A stretch of 64,000 bases of DNA, taken from contig JAPYUM010000001.1 in assembly GCA_029940535.1 (NCBI GenBank), positions 76,773 to 140,772 of the forward strand. The letters are read 5' to 3'. Of this stretch, positions 57,501 through 64,000 are shown piece after piece (the stretch's first letter is position 1; every line of letters starts with the position of its first letter). The translations under genes were made by a program, and so were the position numbers. The notes under the pieces were generated by a model. The model saw only the letters and a list, made by a program, of their open reading frames with translations. It ran no database searches and was not told the DNA's origin. This DNA comes from Vicinamibacterales bacterium (GTDB taxonomy: Bacteria > Acidobacteriota > Vicinamibacteria > Vicinamibacterales > UBA8438).

Positions 57501-57968
57501 GGTGTGCCGCCGACTTCATGTTTCTGACCTGGTCATCAATCTTCAAACCGGAGCAAGAGTTCAACGCACCCTCCCGCCGGATGGCGGAATGGTCCACGCT
57601 TGGGGATGACGTTCGAACCCGACCTTCGGATAGTAGCCGACGGCACCCGGCGCCGATGCCCTGCCTCTGGTACTGTGCGTCGACGCCAGGTCCGACAGAT
57701 AGCAACAGTAGTGAAAGTCGGTCATCGAGCGGGACACCCCCACGAGCCGCGTCGCGACCCGCGCGGTGAACGTCAAGTCGGCGTGCGCCAGCATCCCTTC
57801 GATACAGGCCCGGTGTGACACAGGACGTCGCTCTGCCAGCGCCGGCTCGGTTTGGAAGGTGACGTCGGGTATCGTGGTCATGAACCTGCCTGATGCGAGT
57901 GTACGGGATCACGCGTCTATACTGGGGGAGTGCCGCTTCGCCCGATGGCGACGTGGCCGGGGAATGAC

Positions 57969-58352
57969 ATGACCCAGAGTAACTGGAAACTGGCTGTAGT
58001 CGTCGGTATCGCCGCGCTTGCACTCGGTTCGTCGGCGGGTTGCGGTGGGCAGGGCAATCACGTGGACGCCACTGAACCCGCTGTCCCCGCTCCGGCGGTG
58101 ACCACTCAGGAGGTGGCGCTCGCCGTTGAGGGGATGACGTGAGGTGGTTGCGCCCTGGCCGTGCGCCAGGCTCTGCTGGGTGTCAGAGGTGTCGTCGACG
58201 CCGAGGTCTGGTATGACGACAAGCGCGCCGACGTCGAGTACGACCCGGACACGGTTGAAGTCGCGGCATTGGTGCTGGCGATTGATGGGGCCGGTTTCGC
58301 CGGCTCGGTGATGGCGGTGAAGGACGACACGGACGGTGGCACCGGGTCCTGA
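57969..58352 (+). CDS. merP: MerP-like periplasmic heavy-metal-binding lipoprotein with in-frame TGA at the first Cys of GMTCxxC (candidate Sec; alternatively a pseudogene)
   Basis: Two ORF-track entries (57930..58142 and 58161..58352) lie in the same frame, separated only by TGA 58140..58142. The read-through product has a lipobox signal (ALALGSSAGC) and an HMA domain VEGMT-U-GGCALAVRQAL..V.GV..A.V....A.V.YDP. Confidence 0.5.
58154..58188 (+). promoter_or_regulatory. Candidate bacterial SECIS-like hairpin(s) downstream of the in-frame UGA
   Basis: Exactly 11 nt after the UGA there is a stem CCUGGC / GCCAGG with loop CGUGC, which contains GU (58154..58170). A second hairpin CUCUG / CAGAG follows (58171..58188). 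Confidence 0.35.
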
Positions 58353-58353
58353 C

Positions 58354-58719
58354 GTGGCCGTCCGGGGCACCGGTGTCGGCGAGCGGATTCCGGCCGCTGC
58401 CGGGGTCGTGGCCGCGTTGCTGGCCGCCAGTTGTTGTCTGCTACCGATGACGCTGATCGTGACCGGGGTGGCCGGCGCCGGTCTGATGATGACGATGATG
58501 CGCTTCGAGTGGCTGACGCTGCCACTCGGTGTGGGCGGATTGGCCGGTGCGTATGCGTTGTATTTTCGCGAGCGGCGCCGTTGCGATTCGGCGGGGTGCC
58601 GTCTGGTCGGTGAGCGGGGTACCCGGGCGTTGCTGGCGGTCGCCACCCTGGTAGTCATCGTCGCGTTGTTGCTGAAGTTCTCCCCCTCCTGGACCGCCGG
58701 CATTCTCCAACGCTTGTAA
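58354..58719 (+). CDS. merT: MerT-like mercuric/heavy-metal transport membrane protein
   Basis: About 121 aa. The first TM carries a Cys pair (AASCCLLPMTLIV) and the cytoplasmic loop a Cys pair (RRRCDSAGC), as in MerT. The start is either GTG 58354 (just after the merP stop) or GTG 58336. Confidence 0.65.
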   Translation: MAVRGTGVGERIPAAAGVVAALLAASCCLLPMTLIVTGVAGAGLMMTMMRFEWLTLPLGVGGLAGAYALYFRERRRCDSAGCRLVGERGTRALLAVATLVVIVALLLKFSPSWTAGILQRL

Positions 58720-58841
58720 CCCGGTTTCAGAAGCCGGGTTCACAACATCCTGAACGCGGCGTGATAGCGAGCCATTCCCGTCTGCCTCGTGATGCCGCGT
58801 GGGGTTCGGGGCACCGCCCCGACTAAGAAAGGACGACCAGC

Positions 58842-58995
58842 ATGTGCCGGAACATCAAGACCGTGTTTAACTTCGATCCGCCCGCACGCCCGAAGAGGTT
58901 CGCGCCGCCTCCGTGCAGTTCGTCCGCAAGCTCAGTGGATTCGTCAGTCCGTCGAAGGCGAACGAGCCGCCAAACGTTTCGCGCCCGCTGGCTAG
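58842..58995 (+). pseudogene. DUF2277-family gene, frameshifted
   Basis: MCRNIKTVFNFDPPA matches the family N-terminus. The conserved continuation TPEEVRAASVQFVRKLSGFVSPSKANE is in the -1 frame. This is consistent with a 1-nt loss in the C-run near 58881..58890. The C-terminal half is not recognisable. Confidence 0.55.
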
Positions 58996-59010
58996 TCTAG
59001 GATGCAAGGG

Positions 59011-59492
59011 CTATCCGACAAGCGTCTTGCGCAGCACGACCTTGTCGATGCCGGATGCCGCTTCATAGTAGCGACGTACCTCCGCATACCCGCGCGACCG
59101 GTAGAAGGTCAGGCTGGCCAGGTTGGGTGAGAAACATTCCAGCTCGGCGTCGTCGTGGTCGGCGCCGAGCGTCTGTTCGGCATGGTCCATCAGCGATGAT
59201 CCGATGCCTTGCCCTCTGAGCCCGTCCTTGACCCAGATCAGGTCGATGACCGGATCATCCAGCGCAACCACCCCCACCACCCGGTCGTTGCGGATGGCAC
59301 CGTCATTCGAGGCCACATGCGCGCGACATAATCTTCCACCTCTGTTCCGTCCGTCCACGGCCGCATTTCGTCCGGCTCCATGAAGGCGCCGTAGGTCTCC
59401 GTGAGCGAGGCCTTGCACAGCGCCACGACCGACCCCGCGTCGGCCGCGGTTGCGGCCCGCAGTTGGACCGTATCGTCGGCGGGTGAGGTCAC
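59011..59492 (-). pseudogene. GNAT-family N-acetyltransferase, apparent frameshift near 59310..59325
   Basis: The N-terminal half (VQLRAATAADAGSVVALCKASLTETYGAFMEPDEM...EDYVAR) and the C-terminal half (HVASNDGAIRNDRVVGVVALDD...GLRGQGIGSSLMDHAE...FYRSRGY) are in different frames. The GTG start overlaps the upstream stop (GTGA). Confidence 0.55.
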
Positions 59493-60700
59493 CGCTGCGC
59501 CCTGACCGCGGCCGCGAGCTCGCGGGCGAATGGTCCCCGGCGTCCGACCGAGACTGACTCGAGCCCCAGCCAGCCGGCCATGGTACCCAGTTCCCGCGCG
59601 AGCGCGTCGCTGACCTGAGCCCCGTCCGTGTCTGGTTCGAGATAGGCCGCCTGCACCCGCAGACGTCGACCGGCGCGGTCTGCTTTGAGATCGACCCGGG
59701 CGGTGAGCCGGTCGTTCAGCAGGAACGGCAAGACGTAGTAGCCCCAACGCCGTTTCGGTGCCGGGAGGAAGATTTCGAGACGATATTCGAAGTCGAACAG
59801 ACGCGCGGCGCGCGGCCGGTGCCAGACGACGGGGTCAAACGGAGACAGCAGCGCGGTCGCGTGTAAGCGTCGAGGGCGCCGCGCCTCGGGGTGCAGATAG
59901 GCCGGTTCCGTCCACCCGTGCACGCGGATGGGGTGTAGCTCGCCGGCGTCGACCAGTTCCTGCAACCGTGGTTTGACCATGGTCACCGGCATCCGGAAAT
60001 AGTCCGCCAGGTCGCCGGTGGTCGCCACGCCGTGCGCACGCGCGGCCTGAAGGAGCAGCGCGCGGTGCGCGGCAAACGTCGGCACGCGCCGACTGCGGAT
60101 GTCTTCAGAGAGGACCCGCTCGCTCAGGTCGAAGACCCGACGGAAGTCTGGGCGCCGGTCGGCGATGGCCAGCCGACCGCGTCCGAAGTGCCACTCTGCC
60201 ATGGCTCGGGGAATCGTGCCGTACCAGGAGCCCGGCAACCGCCGCTCGCCCGTCGTGGGCGAGGGCAGCTCCGCTGCGGTCAGTGCCCCCTGAGCTCGAA
60301 TCCGCGCCAGCACCTGACGGGAGTAGCCCGGTTCGCGCCGCAGGGCGCGTTCGAAACCGCGAGGGCGCACGCGATGGGCGAGTCGTCGATAACGGAACAG
60401 TGGCCACGCGTCGACCGGGACGATCGACGCTTCGTGAGCCCAGTGCTCGGTGAATTCGCGGCGGCGATAGACCAGTTCGTCGAGCTGGGCCCGGTCGTAG
60501 GCGCCGAGTCGAGAGAACGGCACCTGATATTGGGCCGGCACCAACACGTTGACGTAGTCGATCTGGAGCAGGCCAAGCTGGTGAATCACCCGCCTCAGGT
60601 GATTCATACCAACCCGGCTCCGGGGGCGGGGACGGTCGAAGCCCTGGGCCGCGAGGGCGATGCGTCGCGCGTCCGTGGGTGAGAGGTCGGACGACTTCAC
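59489..60700 (-). CDS. Winged-helix DNA glycosylase-like protein (YcaQ/AlkZ family)
   Basis: 403 aa. N-terminus ARRIALAAQGF....L..VI..LG.LQIDYVNV and the overall pattern recall YcaQ/AlkZ interstrand-crosslink glycosylases. Confidence 0.7.
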   Translation of the reverse strand: MKSSDLSPTDARRIALAAQGFDRPRPRSRVGMNHLRRVIHQLGLLQIDYVNVLVPAQYQVPFSRLGAYDRAQLDELVYRRREFTEHWAHEASIVPVDAWPLFRYRRLAHRVRPRGFERALRREPGYSRQVLARIRAQGALTAAELPSPTTGERRLPGSWYGTIPRAMAEWHFGRGRLAIADRRPDFRRVFDLSERVLSEDIRSRRVPTFAAHRALLLQAARAHGVATTGDLADYFRMPVTMVKPRLQELVDAGELHPIRVHGWTEPAYLHPEARRPRRLHATALLSPFDPVVWHRPRAARLFDFEYRLEIFLPAPKRRWGYYVLPFLLNDRLTARVDLKADRAGRRLRVQAAYLEPDTDGAQVSDALARELGTMAGWLGLESVSVGRRGPFARELAAAVRAQR

Positions 60701-60707
60701 GTCTGCG

Positions 60708-61418
60708 TCAATCGCCGGTGCGAGGCCGTTGTAACACCAGGTAGCAACTTGTCGCGAGTCCGGCCGACCCGAAGATCATGCACATGACAAGTATCTGATA
60801 CCGGACCGCGATGAGTGGGGTGACGCCGGAGAGAATCTGGCCGGTCATCATGCCGGGCAGCGATACCAGGCCGACGGCGAGCAGCGAGTTGGTCATCGGG
60901 ATGAGCGAGATGCTCATGGCGGTGTGCCGGGCCTCGCGGTAGTCTGCGCCGCGCTCGCGTTCAGCCCGGAATCGCTCGGCGGCCAGGCTGACGGTGTTCA
61001 TCGAGTTGGCCAAGACGATGCCAGCTAGCGGGATGACCATGCTGGGGGTGTACCAGTCCGGGAGATCGAGTACCGCTTGCGTGGCCATGAACAGCACCGT
61101 GAGTGATCCCACGCTGATTGCGACCAACGCGCTCGGGTAGCGCCTGACCCGCTCGCTGCCCAGCGGCCTCAAGGCGATCCAACCGGCGGTCGCCAGCATC
61201 ACGCTCACCACCGACACGGTGACGAGCGCTCGCTGTGACCCGAAGATGAAGGTGAGGACGTAGCCCACCAGCAGCAACTGGCTGACCATGCGGAACACCG
61301 CCACCAGCCCGGTCCGGATTCCCAGTGACCATCGGTGGATGATGAACAGCACCGCGCACACCGGGATGAACGCCAGCGCGAGCCGCGTCAATGGAATGAT
61401 CTGAACGGTGTCATTCAT
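60708..61418 (-). CDS. fetB: FetB/YbbM-family (UPF0014) ABC-type permease
   Basis: 236 aa, about 7 TM segments. Pattern ...SQLLLVGYVL...VIPLAGIVLANSMN...MMTGQILSG. Confidence 0.7.
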   Translation of the reverse strand: MNDTVQIIPLTRLALAFIPVCAVLFIIHRWSLGIRTGLVAVFRMVSQLLLVGYVLTFIFGSQRALVTVSVVSVMLATAGWIALRPLGSERVRRYPSALVAISVGSLTVLFMATQAVLDLPDWYTPSMVIPLAGIVLANSMNTVSLAAERFRAERERGADYREARHTAMSISLIPMTNSLLAVGLVSLPGMMTGQILSGVTPLIAVRYQILVMCMIFGSAGLATSCYLVLQRPRTGD

Positions 61419-61493
61419 GGGGCCATCTGAGCTGACCGTCGCGCGGAACGATCGGCACCTGGACGACTGGGTGTGGGCGTCGACTTGGTCGAG

Positions 61494-61772
61494 TCAGTCG
61501 GGGTCGCCCTGGTCATCCGACTCATCTGCCGCGATCGCGAGTTCGCCGCGTTCCGCCTGGGCCAGCAGCTCGCGGGCGGCGTCGGCCTGACTGGCCGGTA
61601 CCAGCACTTCGGCGGCGCCGATACCGTCGACCGAGATGGCATAGGTGACACGCAGCGATTCGCCCCGTAGCAGGCAGGGAATATCGTGAGCCTCGAGAAA
61701 CGCCTTGATCTGTGCCTCAACGAACTGCCCCTGCACCGTGGAGATGACGACATAGTCGTCAGGGTCGCTCAT
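61494..61772 (-). CDS. DUF2007-like small protein (putative signal-transducing, PII-like fold)
   Basis: 92 aa. VVISTVQGQFVEAQIKAFLEAHDIPCLLRGE pattern with an acidic tail. Confidence 0.5.
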   Translation of the reverse strand: MSDPDDYVVISTVQGQFVEAQIKAFLEAHDIPCLLRGESLRVTYAISVDGIGAAEVLVPASQADAARELLAQAERGELAIAADESDDQGDPD

Positions 61773-62227
61773 GTGTCTCCACCCGCCGACTCCGACTCCG
61801 ACTCGGCCACGATACCCAGCTGCAGCATCAGTCCCAGTAGATCCATCTGCTCCCAGCGCTCGACGAACCGGCCGTCACGCACGCGCAGGAAGACCATCGA
61901 CGCGATCTCGACACGTTTGCCGGTCGGCTCGGCACCCATCAGGGGGCCCCGGCTGGTACCGCTCAGGGTCGACCGAACCGTCACCAGGTCGCCGTCGGCG
62001 ACCATGTCGTGGACGTCGACCCGCAGGTCGGGGAACGCTGTGTGGAAGACGTCGTAGATCTGCCGCGCCCCCGCGGGGCCGGGCGCCTGTTCGGTCGACG
62101 CCGTGTGGTCCACGTAGTCGTCCGCGAACACTTCGTCGATCACCGCCGGTCTGGCGTTGTTGTACACCTCGTCGAGAAAGCGCCGAACCAGAGCCTTGTT
62201 GAAATCGGACGTGTTGAGATCTGACAT
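61769..62227 (-). CDS. SnoaL-like ester cyclase / NTF2-fold protein
   Basis: 152 aa. RRFLDEVYNN......DEVFADDYVDH and VERWEQMD are typical of SnoaL-like ester cyclases. The C-terminal ESESES is encoded by a GACTCC x3 hexanucleotide repeat (61788..61805). Confidence 0.7.
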   Translation of the reverse strand: MSDLNTSDFNKALVRRFLDEVYNNARPAVIDEVFADDYVDHTASTEQAPGPAGARQIYDVFHTAFPDLRVDVHDMVADGDLVTVRSTLSGTSRGPLMGAEPTGKRVEIASMVFLRVRDGRFVERWEQMDLLGLMLQLGIVAESESESAGGDT

Positions 62228-62242
62228 ATCGACAGGCCGCCG

Positions 62243-63088
62243 CTAGTCGCGCGGCTCAGTGCCTTCGATCGCCGCCACGCCCTCCGGCGCGTCAGCGAGC
62301 ATCGCTCGCACGCCCTGACGGATGAACGTGGTCGTGCCGGGCGCCTGGAAGAACAAGAACCCTTCACGATCGCGCCACGCCGACGGACCGCCGAGGCCCT
62401 TGCCGGCGCCGAGCGTGTCCGTTTTGATTTTCGTGATCATCTGTTCGTATTCGGGTTCACCCTGCCGCTTGCCGGAGAAGCTGCTCAGGTCGCTGCTGGC
62501 CGCAAAAATCGCGTCGACGCCTTCGACCGCCGCGATTTGATCGGCCGCCGCCACACCTTCGAGCTGCTCGATCATGGCGATGATCATGATGTTGTCGTTG
62601 GCGGTCTGGCGATAGTCTCGACCCCAGAGCGCCCCATACTGACCACCCCCCTGGCTCCGGATGCCCATCGGCGGATATTTGGCCCACTGCACCGCGTTCT
62701 TCATCTCTTGCGGGTCGATGACCATCGGCACGATGATGCCCAAGGCGCCGATGTCGGTGGCTTTCTGGATGTCACCTTCAGTCGCGTCCGGTATGCGGAT
62801 GAACGGGATGGCCGGAGCATCCTTGCAGGCCCAGATCATCCGGGCCACGTCCTGGTAGTTCAGCGGGCTGTGCTGCATCTCGATCCAGATGAAGTCGAAC
62901 CCTGAATTGGCCATCGCGCAGTAGATGGCCGGGTCCGGCGTGTCGACGGTCCCGCCGATAATTTGCTGACCAGACATCATTTTCTGCTTGGCCGTGTTGT
63001 ACATCCGCTGCGCATCGGCGTTCGGGGCGGTCCCGAGGGCGACGAGGACGGCAACGGCAACGGTCAGGGCGATTCGTGTGGGGCGCAT
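62243..63088 (-). CDS. HpcH/HpaI-family aldolase with a predicted signal peptide
   Basis: 281 aa. N-terminus MRPTRIALTVAVAVLVALGTAPNADAQ, then an aldolase core (GFDFIWIEMQHSP, PFIRIP, GIIVPMV). Confidence 0.7.
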   Translation of the reverse strand: MRPTRIALTVAVAVLVALGTAPNADAQRMYNTAKQKMMSGQQIIGGTVDTPDPAIYCAMANSGFDFIWIEMQHSPLNYQDVARMIWACKDAPAIPFIRIPDATEGDIQKATDIGALGIIVPMVIDPQEMKNAVQWAKYPPMGIRSQGGGQYGALWGRDYRQTANDNIMIIAMIEQLEGVAAADQIAAVEGVDAIFAASSDLSSFSGKRQGEPEYEQMITKIKTDTLGAGKGLGGPSAWRDREGFLFFQAPGTTTFIRQGVRAMLADAPEGVAAIEGTEPRD

Positions 63089-63118
63089 ACGGTCTCCTTG
63101 TGTTCGCCTGGGGCACAG

Positions 63119-63538
63119 CTATTTCATTGGGGAAAAATCGGTCGCGTCCATGAACACGCTCACTACCTGGACCCGCCCCACGCCTGAGGCCTCGGCCACG
63201 CCCGGCCATTCCGGGTCGCTCCGAAATCCCTGCCAGTTCTCGGTGGCGGCCTCGCTGCTGTCGTGCGAGATGATGTAGATCAGCGTGTTCGGCGTGTCCT
63301 TCGGTACCCAGTACGCCACGTTCTCGATACCGTGTCGCTCAAAGATTTGCATCGTATGGTCGCGGAATCGGGCCAGCAGGTTGGGCAGTTTCCCCTCGGC
63401 CGTGGTGTACGTCCGCAGCTCGAAGACTTTGCCGCTGGATTGCGCCTGGAGGGTGGCCGGCAGGATTGTGCTGGCGGTGAAACCGAGAGCCACGAGTGTC
63501 AGGCCGATGGTTACGAGATAGTGCTTGTTGATGGTCAT
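63119..63538 (-). CDS. NIPSNAP-family protein with signal peptide
   Basis: 139 aa from ATG 63538. Signal peptide ...ATLQAQ, then VFELRTYT...GKL..LL.RF of NIPSNAP domains. Confidence 0.65.
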   Translation of the reverse strand: MTINKHYLVTIGLTLVALGFTASTILPATLQAQSSGKVFELRTYTTAEGKLPNLLARFRDHTMQIFERHGIENVAYWVPKDTPNTLIYIISHDSSEAATENWQGFRSDPEWPGVAEASGVGRVQVVSVFMDATDFSPMK

Positions 63539-63564
63539 TGTGTGCTCTCCATGGGGTGCATCCG

Positions 63565-64000
63565 TCATGTTGCGATCTGTTGCAGGCCTCGACGGAACAC
63601 CGCGGCGACTGGTCGCCCCTTGAGGAGTGTTGTCGCGACATCGGCGGTGACCCACTGCCGATCGCGGACGTCTTGTTCCTCCCACTTGGCGTCAATCCGC
63701 TCGACCTCCAGCAGATAGACCGCCACAGTGTACCGGATGCCGGCCTTGGTGATGCCATAGTAGCCGACGGGGCCGCCCACCACACGTCCGTGGACGCCGG
63801 CTTCTTCGCGGGCTTCCTTTCGTGCCGTTCCGGCCGCGGTGTGGCCGGTTTCGATGAGACCCTTCGGAATCGACCATCGGCGGGCCGTCATAGTGGTGAT
63901 CAGACAGATGTTCAGTTCGCCGTCCACATGTCTGAACGGTATGGCGGCTGCCTGCTGCGCCGTCTCCCGTGTCGGATGGGGTGGGAACGTTCCGGCACCC
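63565..64000 (-). CDS. NUDIX hydrolase (5' end beyond the window)
   Basis: Nudix box GLIETGHTAAGTARKEAREEAGV. The frame stays open upstream of the track start (63927) to the window edge (...AQQAAAIPFRHVDG...). Confidence 0.7.
   Translation of the reverse strand, partial: GAGTFPPHPTRETAQQAAAIPFRHVDGELNICLITTMTARRWSIPKGLIETGHTAAGTARKEAREEAGVHGRVVGGPVGYYGITKAGIRYTVAVYLLEVERIDAKWEEQDVRDRQWVTADVATTLLKGRPVAAVFRRGLQQIAT

Noticed and set aside
57561-57881. 106-aa minus-strand ORF between the TonB-dependent receptor and merP (MTTIPDVTFQ...HYCCYLSDL...)
   Set aside because: My hand count of third-position GC is ~100% for 57720..57780 but only ~65-70% for 57561..57660, where another phase scores higher. 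There is no recognisable family. It may be a frameshifted small gene or non-coding, so the evidence is too weak to annotate.
58140-58163. Treating the merP TGA as an ordinary stop that separates two independent small genes
   Set aside because: That would cut a single beta-alpha-beta-beta-alpha-beta HMA domain inside its metal-binding loop. The second piece has no SD and starts at an internal GTG. The only sensible readings are recoding (Sec) or a pseudogene.

Overview
GC-rich (about two-thirds G+C by eye) bacterial chromosomal segment with about 60 genes. There are no rRNA genes, no intact tRNA and no CRISPR array. All product calls come from reading the supplied translations and the DNA and recalling family motifs; nothing was searched. 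Many long ORFs in the track are antisense shadow ORFs typical of high-GC DNA and were discarded.

Main blocks:
1. dapB-dapA, qor and a TreT trehalose synthase pair (1-4.5 kb).
2. A co-directional nitrogen-assimilation supercluster on the minus strand (5.2-19.7 kb): glnD, porin, amtB, glnK, a sigma-54 activator, gltD, gltB and a LysR regulator. Two sigma-54-type promoters share the same core.
3. A PQQ dehydrogenase fused to an amicyanin-like cupredoxin domain (19.9-22 kb).
4. A sulfate-assimilation regulon in two parts. The first is DUF2061::cysH, a siroheme-synthesis pair, sir and three unknown genes, with cysQ divergent. The second is cysC-cysD-cysN. They are separated by a decayed mobile-element scar (IS91, IS110 and IS3 fragments, a truncated alkA and an intact ogt).
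5. A GGDEF protein, an M6 protease and speH.
6. An adenylate-forming enzyme, lipoprotein, ALDH and MacB-type ABC cluster.
7. Oligopeptidase B, a fused MFS/spermidine synthase and a TonB-dependent receptor.
8. A merP/merT-like pair, followed by a run of small minus-strand genes.

Best hunting results:
(a) A 32-codon leader ORF encodes CRCCCC. It is followed by a strand-specific intrinsic terminator directly upstream of the cysH-siroheme-sir operon. This is a candidate cysteine-sensing attenuator.
(b) An in-frame TGA sits exactly at the first Cys of the GMTCxxC loop of the MerP-like lipoprotein, with a hairpin 11 nt downstream. This is a candidate selenoprotein.
(c) The PQQ-cupredoxin fusion has its axial Met replaced by Ala.
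(d) A 25-nt 5' UTR module is shared by two unrelated genes.
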